Shown here one piece after another: positions 51,202 through 61,711 of a DNA stretch of 64,000 nt. Source of the DNA: Tepidiformaceae bacterium (lineage in GTDB: Bacteria; Chloroflexota; Dehalococcoidia; Tepidiformales; Tepidiformaceae); assembly GCA_965247675.1 (NCBI GenBank), contig OZ252025.1, forward strand, positions 2,525,153-2,589,152, written 5' to 3'. The notes beneath the pieces were generated by a model that saw only the letters and a program-made list of their open reading frames with translations, was not told the DNA's origin and did not search any database. A program made the position numbers and the translations under genes. Position 1 is the first letter of the stretch; the number at the start of each line of letters is the position of its first letter.

Positions 51202-51340
51202 CCGCACGCCTAAATCGTACGCCTCTGGTCCCCTCGGGCTACTCCGCCTATTTCGGGCACTCTTTGCTCCCCGCTCAGCCACCGCCCGTCGCGCGCACTG
51301 GGCACGACGGTGCGCGCCCTCGCGGCCCAGGGCTACCCGG

Positions 51341-51380
51341 AAAAGCCACAGAGCGCGGCCCCCGTAAGGGGCCACGCTCT
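51341..51380 (-). terminator. Rho-independent terminator after the groES-groEL-small-ORF unit
   Basis: Minus strand reads AGAGCGTGGCCCC-TTACG-GGGGCCGCGCTCT followed by GTGGCTTTTCC. The stem is 13 bp with one mismatch. Confidence 0.6.
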
Positions 51381-51404
51381 GTCAAAGGTGCTGATGGAGG
51401 CTGA

Positions 51405-51524
51405 CTAGGCCTCTTCGGAGGTCTCTCCGCCCATGAACCTTCGGATGACCACGAAAAGCAGGCCAAGAAGGACGATGGGGAACGCGATGTACTTGATGGG
51501 GCCGGTGCGAAGCCGATCCAACAT
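51405..51524 (-). CDS. Possible 39-aa single-TM protein immediately downstream of groEL
   Basis: My translation is MLDRLRTGPIKYIAFPIVLLGLLFVVIRRFMGGETSEEA. The ATG is 3 nt after the groEL stop. It is too short to appear in the ORF track. Confidence 0.35.
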   Translation of the reverse strand: MLDRLRTGPIKYIAFPIVLLGLLFVVIRRFMGGETSEEA

Positions 51525-51526
51525 GA

Positions 51527-53149
<1,623 letters not shown>

Positions 53150-53173
53150 TCAGGGTCCTTCCCGTGCGCTCCC

Positions 53174-53488
53174 TTAGGAGACGAGCTTGCAGAGGATGTC
53201 CTTCTCGTTCAGGACGATGTAGTCGATGCCGTCGAGCTTGATGTCCGTGCCGGCGTACTTGGCGTAGAGAATGCGGTCGCCGGACTCAAGATCGATGGGC
53301 TGATGGGCGCCACTGTCGTCGCGCTTGCCGGGGCCCACGGCCATGACCTCGCCCTGCTGCGGCTTCTCCTTGACGGTGTCGGGAATGATGATGCCGCTGG
53401 CGGTCTCTTCTTCCTGCTTCAGCGCAGTCACGACGATGCGGTCGGCCAGGGGCACGAGTGTGGTCTTGGTTGCTGTCTTTGCGGGCAC
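53174..53488 (-). CDS. groES: Co-chaperonin GroES
   Basis: [10 protein letters not shown]...[25 protein letters not shown]...[13 protein letters not shown] 53488 is preceded by GGAGGA with a 6-nt spacer. The ORF-track start at 53533 would include the CIRCE flank. Confidence 0.93.
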   Translation of the reverse strand: MPAKTATKTTLVPLADRIVVTALKQEEETASGIIIPDTVKEKPQQGEVMAVGPGKRDDSGAHQPIDLESGDRILYAKYAGTDIKLDGIDYIVLNEKDILCKLVS

Positions 53489-53534
53489 GGATTTTCCTCC
53501 AACGCTTTCTTTGAATTTGAGCGTGCCGAGCATG

Positions 53535-53561
53535 TTAGCACTCTCCCCGCGAGAGTGCTAG
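53535..53561. promoter_or_regulatory. CIRCE operator (HrcA binding site)
   Basis: TTAGCACTC-N9-GAGTGCTAG matches the consensus TTAGCACTC-N9-GAGTGCTAA in 17 of 18 positions. It lies directly upstream of groES. Confidence 0.9.
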
Positions 53562-53650
53562 CAAGGCCGTTCATGCGGTTTCCTGCGGCGGGCCAATTTC
53601 ACCTACGCGTGAGGGTGTGGTAGCTTCTGAACCTCGAAGGAGAACCAGCG

Positions 53651-55525
53651 TTGCGCATTCTGCTGCGCGTTGGCGGCTACGCCGTCCCCTACCGGAAGAT
53701 GCTCACCCTCGGCCTGGTGTCGATGTTGGGCGCCGGCCTGCTCGGCATCCTCTGGCCGATCTTGCTCCAGCTCGCGATCGACCGGGGCCTGCGCCCCATA
53801 CGCGACGAGGCCACCGAGGCCATCGTCGCCTTCGATGGCAGCGTGCTCACGCTCGTGCTCTTCTCCCTTGCCATCGTCGGCTTCGCCGTCGGCCGCGGGC
53901 TCAGCGCCTTCACCCAGACCTACATCTCCGAGAGCCTCGGCCAGCGCGTCGCCTACGACCTCCGCAACAACATCTACGACACCGTCCAGCGCCTCAGCTA
54001 CGCCTACCACGACAGGGTGCAGACCGGACAGATCATGTCCCGCGCCACCCAGGATGTGGAGGCCATCCGCATGTTCATGTCGATGGCCTCGCTCCGCCTG
54101 ATGATGATCATCGTGATGATCATCGTCGGCGTCGGCTGGATGTTCATCGCCAACTGGCAGCTCGCCCTCATCAGCTGCATCACCCTCCCCTTCATCGCCT
54201 GGCGCTCGTGGGCCGTGCATCGCGTGATGCGACCCCTCTGGGTCGAGATCCAGGCGAGCGAGGCGCGCATGACGGAGGTGGCCGACGAGGGCCTGGGCGG
54301 CATCCGCGTCGTCAAGGCCTTCAGCCGCGAACCCGTCGAGGCCCACAAGTTCGCGAACGCCGCCGGGGAGCAGCGCAACCTCCAGCTCACGCAGGCGACC
54401 TTAATGGCCCGCCACGCCCCCCTCCTCCAGGGCCTTGCCGGCATCCAGCAGGCAGCAACCCTCGGCTTCGGCATCTGGCTCATCGTCGCTGGCAACCTCA
54501 CCGCCGGCGAACTCCTCTCCTTCATCTTCATCCTCGCCCTCCTGCAGGGGCCCGTGCGCATGCTCGGCTTCATGGTCACCAGCTTCTCGCGCGCCATCGC
54601 CTGCGGCACGCGCGTCTTCGAGCTGCTTGATGCACGCTCAGCCGTGCAGGAGCGCCCCGGCGCCGTGCCTCTTGGCGACGCCCGGGGCCACGTTCGCTTC
54701 CGCGACGTCTCCTTTGGCTACGACAACGTCAGCGCGGTGCTCCGCGACATCGAGATCGACGCGCCGCCGGGCAAGATCATCGCCCTCCTCGGCCCCACCG
54801 GCAGCGGCAAGTCCACCATCGTCAACCTGCTGCCCCGCTTCTACGACGTGACCGAGGGCTCCATCTCCATCGACGGCGTCGACATCCGCAACTACCAGCT
54901 GGAGTCCCTGCGGGCCAGCATCGGCTCCGTCCAGCAGGATGTCTTCCTCTTCGTCGGCACCATGCGCGACAACATCGCCTACGGACGGCCCGAGGCCACG
55001 CAGGAGGAGATCGAGACGGCCGCCAAGGCATCCCGCATCCACGACTTCATCATGAGCCTGCCCTACGGCTACGACGAGTGGGTGGGCGAGCGCGGCGTCA
55101 CCCTCTCCGGCGGCCAGCGCCAGCGCGTCGCCATCGCCCGGACGCTCCTGCTCGACCCGCGCGTCCTCATCTTCGACGACTCGACCGCGAGCGTGGACAC
55201 GCAGACCGAGTTCCTTATCCAGCAGGCCCTCGCCATGCTCATGGAGGGCCGCACCACCTTCGTCATCGCCCAGCGCCTACGCACCGTGATGCGCGCCGAC
55301 GAGATCCTCGTGCTCGCGGACGGCGCCATCGTGCAGCGCGGCAGGCACGAGGAGCTGCTGGAAGAGGACGGCCTCTACCGTTCGATCTACGACCTTGAGC
55401 TGCGCGACCAGGAAGAGGCGCTTGGCGAGGCCGGCTCGGTCCAGTCCCCCACCTCGACCGAGCCGGCGCCCGCGCCAGAACCCGCCGAACTGACCGAGCC
55501 GGCGGGCGAAAGCGGAGGCGCCTGA
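53651..55525 (+). CDS. ABC exporter, fused permease/ATPase subunit (MdlA/MsbA-like)
   Basis: Six-TM ABC_membrane domain followed by GPTGSGKST, LSGGQRQRVAIAR and LIFDDSTASVD. TTG start with GAAGGAG SD. Confidence 0.9.
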   Translation: MRILLRVGGYAVPYRKMLTLGLVSMLGAGLLGILWPILLQLAIDRGLRPIRDEATEAIVAFDGSVLTLVLFSLAIVGFAVGRGLSAFTQTYISESLGQRVAYDLRNNIYDTVQRLSYAYHDRVQTGQIMSRATQDVEAIRMFMSMASLRLMMIIVMIIVGVGWMFIANWQLALISCITLPFIAWRSWAVHRVMRPLWVEIQASEARMTEVADEGLGGIRVVKAFSREPVEAHKFANAAGEQRNLQLTQATLMARHAPLLQGLAGIQQAATLGFGIWLIVAGNLTAGELLSFIFILALLQGPVRMLGFMVTSFSRAIACGTRVFELLDARSAVQERPGAVPLGDARGHVRFRDVSFGYDNVSAVLRDIEIDAPPGKIIALLGPTGSGKSTIVNLLPRFYDVTEGSISIDGVDIRNYQLESLRASIGSVQQDVFLFVGTMRDNIAYGRPEATQEEIETAAKASRIHDFIMSLPYGYDEWVGERGVTLSGGQRQRVAIARTLLLDPRVLIFDDSTASVDTQTEFLIQQALAMLMEGRTTFVIAQRLRTVMRADEILVLADGAIVQRGRHEELLEEDGLYRSIYDLELRDQEEALGEAGSVQSPTSTEPAPAPEPAELTEPAGESGGA

Positions 55526-57480
55526 TGGGCATGTGGGGCGGCGGCGGAGCAGGCGGCTACAGCTCCGGCATCGGCGGCCAGCGCGGCATGAACCGGGGTG
55601 GCAACCGCGGGCACGATGGCTGGGACGAGGAGTACCTGGGCAAGCCCTACGACGCCGATGTGATCCGCAAGATGGTGCCCTACCTGCGGCACCGCTGGCG
55701 CGCCGTCAGCCTCGCCTTCGTCTGCATGTTGCTGGTCTCCGTCTCGGTCTATGTGCCCTTCGCCATCGTTGGACGCGCCATCGGCGACGCGACCGAAGGG
55801 AACACCGGGCGGCTGCCGCTGTGGATCGGGCTCGTTGCCGGGCTGGCCGTGACCGGCTGGCTCGCCGCCATGGCCCAGCAGCTCATCATGGCTCGCGTGG
55901 GCACGCAGCTCCTCTACGAGCTGCGCACCAAGATGTACGAGCACATGCAGGGCCTCTCCCTCTCGTTCTACGACGAGATGGAAGTGGGCCGCATGATCAG
56001 CCGCCTCACGAGCGACGTGACCGTCATGCAGGAGTTGCTCAGCACGGGCTCCCTCACCTTCGCCGCCGACCTCGTCGGCATCGCCATCGCCGTCACCATC
56101 CTCATGCAGGCCGACTGGGTGCTCGCGCTCTACACCTTCGCGGTCGTGCCGCCCCTGATCGTCGTCCTCATTATCTGGGCCCGCTACGCGCGCGAGGCCT
56201 TCATCAACGTGCGTATCCGCATCAGCGAGCTCTACGGCAACCTCGGCGAGAGCCTCGCCGGTGTGCGCACCGTGCAGTCACTCAACCGCGAGGACGAGAA
56301 CGCCCGCCGCTTCGACGTGATGAACCAGAACAACCGCAACGCGAACATCTGGGCGGGCACGCTCACCGCCCTTGTCGCGCCCGTCATCGAGATGTGCATC
56401 GCCATCTCCATCTGCGCCGTGCTGGTCGTGGCCGGCATGCGCGCCCTCAGTGGCGACGGCGTCGACATCGGCGCCACCTTCACCATCATCGGCATCTTCG
56501 TCGGCTTGGTGCTGCGCTTCTTCGAGCCCATCCGCGACATCATCATGCAGTACACGATGCTCCAGCGCGCCATGGCCGGCGGCCAGCGCATCTTCGAGGT
56601 GCTGGAGACCGTTCCCCGCATCCGCGACCGCGAGGACGCCATCGAGCTCGAGGCCGTCGAGGGCAGAGTGGACTTCGACAACGTGCAGTTCCACTACGTC
56701 GAAGGGGTGCCCGTCCTCCAGGACTTCGACCTGCACGTCGAGCCCGGCGAGACGATCGCGCTCGTGGGCCACACCGGCTCGGGCAAGACCACCATCACCA
56801 CCCTCATCAGCCGCGGCTACGACGTCTCCGACGGCTCCATCCGCATCGACGGCCAGGACGTGCGCGACATCAAGCGGCGCTCGCTCACGCAGTTCATGGG
56901 CGTGGTCCTGCAAACCCCATACCTCTTCAGCGGCACCATCCGCGAGAACATCGAGTACGGGAAGCCGGGCGCCACCGACGCGGAGATCGAGGAGGCATCG
57001 ATAGCCGTCGGCGCCCACGACTTCATCTCCCACCTCCCCGGTGGCTACCACCACGAGCTGCACCAGCGCGGCCAGAACATCTCCGTGGGCCAGCGCCAAC
57101 TCCTCAGCTTCGCCCGCGCCGTGCTCGCCGCCCCCCGCATCCTCATCCTCGATGAGGCCACCGCCTACGTAGACACGCAGACGGAGGTCATCATCCAGCG
57201 CGCCCTGCGCCAGCTCCTCCAGAACCGCACCTCCTTCGTCATCGCCCACCGCCTCTCGACCATCCGCGAGGCCAGCCGCATCGTCGTCCTCGAGAACGGG
57301 CGCATGGTCGAGATCGGCAGCCACGAGGAACTGCTCGCCTCCGACGGCGTCTACTCGCGCCTCTACAAGATGACCTACGAGCAGGAGCAGGACGCCTCCC
57401 TCGGCGAGGACGAGGCCGTCAGCCGCCGCCGCCGCGGCGACCTCGGCGAGGCCGCCCCCCAGCCCGCCGGCGGCAAGTAG
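55525..57480 (+). CDS. ABC exporter, fused permease/ATPase subunit (MdlB-like partner)
   Basis: Gly-rich N-tail, six-TM domain, then GHTGSGKTT, ISVGQRQLLSFARA and LILDEATAYVD. The start overlaps the upstream stop (TGATG), implying a heterodimer. Confidence 0.9.
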   Translation: MGMWGGGGAGGYSSGIGGQRGMNRGGNRGHDGWDEEYLGKPYDADVIRKMVPYLRHRWRAVSLAFVCMLLVSVSVYVPFAIVGRAIGDATEGNTGRLPLWIGLVAGLAVTGWLAAMAQQLIMARVGTQLLYELRTKMYEHMQGLSLSFYDEMEVGRMISRLTSDVTVMQELLSTGSLTFAADLVGIAIAVTILMQADWVLALYTFAVVPPLIVVLIIWARYAREAFINVRIRISELYGNLGESLAGVRTVQSLNREDENARRFDVMNQNNRNANIWAGTLTALVAPVIEMCIAISICAVLVVAGMRALSGDGVDIGATFTIIGIFVGLVLRFFEPIRDIIMQYTMLQRAMAGGQRIFEVLETVPRIRDREDAIELEAVEGRVDFDNVQFHYVEGVPVLQDFDLHVEPGETIALVGHTGSGKTTITTLISRGYDVSDGSIRIDGQDVRDIKRRSLTQFMGVVLQTPYLFSGTIRENIEYGKPGATDAEIEEASIAVGAHDFISHLPGGYHHELHQRGQNISVGQRQLLSFARAVLAAPRILILDEATAYVDTQTEVIIQRALRQLLQNRTSFVIAHRLSTIREASRIVVLENGRMVEIGSHEELLASDGVYSRLYKMTYEQEQDASLGEDEAVSRRRRGDLGEAAPQPAGGK

Positions 57481-57726
57481 CCCGTTCGGAAACCGGTTCG
57501 GAAACCGTGCGGAACCCCGTCCGCTTCCTGGCGGTTCAGTGCGCGCCGCGCCGCTCCAGCGGGAAGCCGCACACCTCCGCACACGGCTTCCCACCCCGCT
57601 TCCACGCACGCTGGACCCGCCAGAAACACGGCAACGCCGCGCTCGTTGCCGTGAATCCGTCCCTTTCCGCACGGCTCACCACCACCATCATCCCCACTAC
57701 TCCCACCTTCGCTACGATCGGGTCCG

Positions 57727-58986
57727 ATGTTCGATAGCGTTCGGATCACAGTCGAAGGCGGAATCGGGGGTGGCGGCGCAGCGACGTTCCACCGGGAGAA
57801 GTTCGTCCCGCTCGGAGGCCCCGACGGGGGCGACGGAGGGCGCGGAGGGCGCGTCCTGCTGCGGGCCGTTGACGATAGCTACACGCTTGAGCGCTTCCGC
57901 AGCCGCCGCCGCTTCCGCGCGGGGAACGGCGGACCGGGTGGCCCGAAGCTCCGTACGGGCCCCCAGGGCGAGGACCTCACGCTCGACGTGCCCGCCGGGA
58001 CCATCGCCTTCGATGATGAGAGCGGCGAGCCCCTCGCGGACCTCGCGCAGCCGGGGGAGACCGCGCTTGTCGCCTGGGGTGGCCGCGGCGGCTGGGGGAA
58101 TAAGCGGTTCGCGACCAGCACCAACCAGTCGCCCCACTACTCCCAGCGTGGCCACGCGGGCGAGTCCGTCTCCCTACGGCTCGACCTGCGCCTGCTCGCC
58201 GATGTGGGGCTGCTCGGCCTCCCCAACGCCGGCAAGTCCACGCTGCTCGCCGCCGTCTCGCACGCCAGGCCGAAGATCGCCGAGTACCCCTTCACGACGC
58301 TCGAGCCGATGCTCGGTGTCGTCGGCGTGGGCTACGAGCGCTTCACCCTCGCGGACCTGCCCGGGCTCATCGAGGGGGCCAGCGAGGGCTACGGCCTCGG
58401 CTTCGAGTTCCTGAAGCACGTGCGCCGCTGTCGCGTGCTCCTGCACGTGGTCGACTGCAGCTCGATCGACCCCGTGACCGACTACGAGCTCATCGAGTCC
58501 GAGGTGCGCGCCTACGACGATGCCCTCGCCGCCATCCCCCGCGTAATCGCCGTGACAAAGGCGGACCTCGACGAGGAGGTGGCACGCGATTCCGCGGCCA
58601 CGCTCGAGGCCCACGTGGGTGCACCCGTCGCCGTCATCTCGGCGCTGGAGGGCGTGGGCGCCGACGCCCTGGTGGCGCAGCTGATGGCGCTCGTTCGCGA
58701 CGAGCGTGAGCGCGCCGCCTCCAGGCCTCCGGAAGTCCTGCCTGTCGTCCGTCCCCAGCCCGAGGAGCGCTTCACCGTCGCAAAGCGAGGGCCCGGACTC
58801 CTCGTGGTCGAAGGGCAACGCGTCGTGACCTTCCTGGAGATGATGGACCTGGAGATGGAGGGTGCGCGTGACGAGGTCGACCGCCGCCTGACTCGCTGGG
58901 GCGTGGCCCGTGCCCTCCGCCGCGCGGGCGTCGCCGAGGGTGACACCGTGCGCTTCGGTGAGGTCGACCTCACCTGGCGAGAGTGA
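57727..58986 (+). CDS. obg: GTPase Obg/CgtA
   Basis: Obg fold (MFDSVRITVEGGIGGGGAATFHREKFVPLGGPDGGDGGRGG), G1 GLPNAGKST, and a C-terminal OCT-like domain. ATG lies 8 nt after TACGAT (57713-57718). Confidence 0.95.
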   Translation: MFDSVRITVEGGIGGGGAATFHREKFVPLGGPDGGDGGRGGRVLLRAVDDSYTLERFRSRRRFRAGNGGPGGPKLRTGPQGEDLTLDVPAGTIAFDDESGEPLADLAQPGETALVAWGGRGGWGNKRFATSTNQSPHYSQRGHAGESVSLRLDLRLLADVGLLGLPNAGKSTLLAAVSHARPKIAEYPFTTLEPMLGVVGVGYERFTLADLPGLIEGASEGYGLGFEFLKHVRRCRVLLHVVDCSSIDPVTDYELIESEVRAYDDALAAIPRVIAVTKADLDEEVARDSAATLEAHVGAPVAVISALEGVGADALVAQLMALVRDERERAASRPPEVLPVVRPQPEERFTVAKRGPGLLVVEGQRVVTFLEMMDLEMEGARDEVDRRLTRWGVARALRRAGVAEGDTVRFGEVDLTWRE

Positions 58987-59034
58987 CCGCGGTCCCGCGC
59001 TAGAATGGCCTCCCCTGCCCGAAGGAGGGCTGCC

Positions 59035-59820
59035 ATGTCCGAGACCGTGCGCTACGAGACCGACGGCGCCATTGGCGTCATCACCCTGAACCGGCCCGAC
59101 GCCCTCAACGCCATGAGCGGTGAGCTGCTCGACGCCCTCGTCGCGCGCGGCCACGAAGCGGCCGGCGACGAGGCGGTGCGCTGCGTGGTGGTGACGGGCG
59201 CGGGGCGCGCCTTCTGCTCTGGGGGCGACCTCAGGGGCATCGGCACGGGCGATGAGCTCGACCCGCTCGCGAGCACCGCCCAGCTGCGGCGCTTCGAGGA
59301 GATCTCGCGGCTGCTGGCGGAGATGCCCAAGCCCACCATCGCGGCCGTGAACGGCGCCGCCGCGGGCGCCGGCTTCTCCCTCGCGCTGGCCGCCGATATC
59401 CGCCTCGCGGGTGCAGGGGCGCGCTTCGTCACCGCTTTCGGTCGCGTCGGCCTCACGGGAGACTTCGGCGGCAGCTGGCAGCTCGAACGGATCGTGGGGG
59501 TCGCCAAAGCCAAGGAGCTCTACCTGCTCGGCCCGCAGATCGACGCCGCCACGGCGCTCCGCCTGGGCATCGTCAACCGCATCGTGCCCGACGGCGCCCT
59601 GCGCGACGAAGCGATGGCCCTCGCCGGCAAGCTCGCCGCCGGCCCCACCGCCGCCTTCGGGCGCATGAAGCGCAACTTCGCCTACGGCGCCACCCACACC
59701 TTCTCAGAGACCCTCACCTTCGAGGCGGGCAACATGATCGCGGCCTCGAAGAGCGAGGACTTCAAGAACGCAGCCGCCGCCTTCCTCGAGCGCCGCGAGC
59801 CGGAGTTCAAGGGCCGCTAG
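59035..59820 (+). CDS. Enoyl-CoA hydratase/isomerase (crotonase) family protein
   Basis: GVITLNRPDALNAM and VVVTGAGRAFCSGGDL. GAAGGAGGG SD before ATG 59035. TAGAAT -10-like hexamer at 59001-59006. Confidence 0.88.
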   Translation: MSETVRYETDGAIGVITLNRPDALNAMSGELLDALVARGHEAAGDEAVRCVVVTGAGRAFCSGGDLRGIGTGDELDPLASTAQLRRFEEISRLLAEMPKPTIAAVNGAAAGAGFSLALAADIRLAGAGARFVTAFGRVGLTGDFGGSWQLERIVGVAKAKELYLLGPQIDAATALRLGIVNRIVPDGALRDEAMALAGKLAAGPTAAFGRMKRNFAYGATHTFSETLTFEAGNMIAASKSEDFKNAAAAFLERREPEFKGR

Positions 59821-60149
59821 GGGCGCAACCTGGCGGCCCTGGCGACGAGTTCGTCGGCAAGGTCCTCCAGGGATGCGGCGAGGTCGTGCACGAGCTGGTC
59901 GGCGCGCGCTGTCATGACGCGCCTCTCCCGTGGGGCGCCTGCAGAGATCGCTTCCAGCCTGACGGAGTGGACACGAAGCCAGCGCGCTACCGTGCGCCAC
60001 TTCATCTGCGTGGCTGCAAGCTCCCTGGCGAACTCCACTATCTCCTCGTTCGAGGCGGCAAGGATTCGGCCGTTCAGGGCCAGGAACAGGAATGTCGTCG
60101 CCAGACCCATGCGCTTGTTGCCGTCGACGTACGGGTGGTTCTTGACCAT
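59817..60149 (-). CDS. doc: Doc-family (Fic-fold) toxin; the conserved region extends upstream of the annotated ATG
   Basis: Fic/Doc motif HPYVDGNKRMG. The same frame is stop-free back to about 60359 and encodes Doc-like LSVEHIGQRLALRFFANYGSALPSYRANLARPEALESALGLTRQPYYRDVFEKAGALLRS, but it contains no ATG, GTG or TTG. Confidence 0.65.
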   Translation of the reverse strand: MVKNHPYVDGNKRMGLATTFLFLALNGRILAASNEEIVEFARELAATQMKWRTVARWLRVHSVRLEAISAGAPRERRVMTARADQLVHDLAASLEDLADELVARAARLRP

Positions 60150-60361
60150 CGACCGAAGCAGGGCTCCTGCCTTCTCGAAGACATCCCGGTAGTAAGGCTG
60201 TCGCGTGAGCCCAAGCGCAGACTCAAGCGCTTCCGGCCGTGCGAGGTTCGCGCGGTAGGAGGGGAGTGCGCTTCCGTAGTTGGCGAAGAATCGGAGCGCT
60301 AGCCGCTGCCCGATGTGCTCGACGCTGAGAGGGCTGAGGTGGCGGAGCCGTCGAGGCAGCG

Positions 60362-60493
60362 CTAAGTCCGTTCGAGCGCCTTGATCGCGGGTGTGTACAT
60401 CTCTTTGAAGAGGTCCGCGATCGTGTCAAACGCCTTCTTCTCGATGGCGCTCAACTCGCGCTCGTCCCTGAACCTGTCGCTGCGGGTTGTCAT
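60362..60493 (-). CDS. Putative 43-aa antitoxin partner of Doc
   Basis: My translation is MTTRSDRFRDERELSAIEKKAFDTIADLFKEMYTPAIKALERT. GAGGGA SD 9 nt upstream. The stop abuts the Doc-like frame. Not in the ORF track. Confidence 0.4.
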   Translation of the reverse strand: MTTRSDRFRDERELSAIEKKAFDTIADLFKEMYTPAIKALERT

Positions 60494-60574
60494 CTGGGCC
60501 ATTCCCTCAGCCTCTCGTCGCTCCACCTTAGGGCGGGGCTTGAGTCGCGCGCAAGGGTCGGCCCGGGCGACCCC

Positions 60575-61618
60575 CTAGAGCCCCTCGTTGATCTCCGCCA
60601 GGCCGATGTCGAAGTACTCGTTCAGGTTCGTGACCGTGCCCGCCAGCAGCAAGGCGCCGAGGGCGATCAGCATGCCCGCGCTCACCACCTCGATAACCGG
60701 CATGAAGCGCTGCATCTTCCGCACCGCGCGGGTGGCGTCGCCCACGGCCAGGCCGGCGAGCAGGAAGGGGATGCCCAGCCCGGCCGAGTAGAAGGCCAGC
60801 AGGTAGGTGCCCGTGACCGCGTCCCCGGAGGTGGCGGCCAGCGTCAGGATGAACCCCAGGACCGGCCCCACGCAGGGCGACCAGCCGATCGCGAAGCCCC
60901 CGCCCACCATCGCCGAGCGCGTGTAACCCACGCTGCGCGTCCCGCCGAAATCGGCCTTGAGCGTGCGCTGCAGCAGGTTGAACTGGATGTAACCCGAGTA
61001 CTTCGCCCAGGCTACGAGGCCCGCCAGCCCCAGCAGCACCATCCGCCAGGGCTCATCGCGCAGTTCCGCCAGCTCGACGATGCCGAAGAAGGCCGCCGCC
61101 GTGAGCGCCAGCGCGAGCGCCGCCAGCAGCGGCGGCTTCCGTCCGAACGAGGGGATGAGGAGCGAGCCCAGCACGATGAGCAGCACGCCCGCCGCCGTTT
61201 CCATCTCGGGCTGGTAGTCGAGCAGCGCCACGCCGAAGAGGCCGGCGCTGGCGCCCAGGGCGATGAACACCGCGCTCAGCCCGATGACGAAGGCGACCGC
61301 GTGCGTGAATGTCTTGCGGCGGGCGGCGCGGACTTCGCCCCGCTCCACCGTTGCGCCGGCCAGGTTCGTCAGGTAGATGGGCACGATCGGCAGGACGCAG
61401 GGCGAGAGGAAGGACAACATGCCCGCGGAGAAGGCGATGAAGGGACCGCCCGCTCCCATGAGCGTCTCGCGGGGATTGACGTCCACGCCGCCCACCGTGA
61501 ACACGAGGAACGGCGTGGCGACAAGCAGGGCGAACGCCAGGTAGAGCACCCACGCCCGTCCGCCGCGCAGCCCACGCCGTCCGAGGGAACCTGGTCTCGC
61601 CGTCCGCCCGGTCGCCAC
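60575..61618 (-). CDS. ccdA: Cytochrome c biogenesis / thiol-disulfide transporter CcdA (DsbD-family membrane protein)
   Basis: FLSPCVLPIVPIYL and GWSPCVGPVLG CxxP motifs. Polytopic. GTG start with GGGAGG SD. Confidence 0.82.
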   Translation of the reverse strand: MATGRTARPGSLGRRGLRGGRAWVLYLAFALLVATPFLVFTVGGVDVNPRETLMGAGGPFIAFSAGMLSFLSPCVLPIVPIYLTNLAGATVERGEVRAARRKTFTHAVAFVIGLSAVFIALGASAGLFGVALLDYQPEMETAAGVLLIVLGSLLIPSFGRKPPLLAALALALTAAAFFGIVELAELRDEPWRMVLLGLAGLVAWAKYSGYIQFNLLQRTLKADFGGTRSVGYTRSAMVGGGFAIGWSPCVGPVLGFILTLAATSGDAVTGTYLLAFYSAGLGIPFLLAGLAVGDATRAVRKMQRFMPVIEVVSAGMLIALGALLLAGTVTNLNEYFDIGLAEINEGL

Positions 61619-61711
61619 CGCGCCCTCCCGTCAGGCCATTATCGACCCACCCCCCTTCCGTGTCAGAGGGCCGGGGTAAAGGGGCGGCCGTGCTTCGCGG
61701 GTGAGCCGCCC

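Noticed and set aside
57481-57660. Short tandem GTTCGGAAACC repeats (57484-57515) and hairpin GGCAACG-N7-CGTTGCC (57630-57650) as a terminator or ncRNA between the ABC exporter and obg
   Set aside because: The hairpin lacks a following T-tract and lies 150 nt from the stop. The repeats are only about 2.5 units. The evidence is insufficient.
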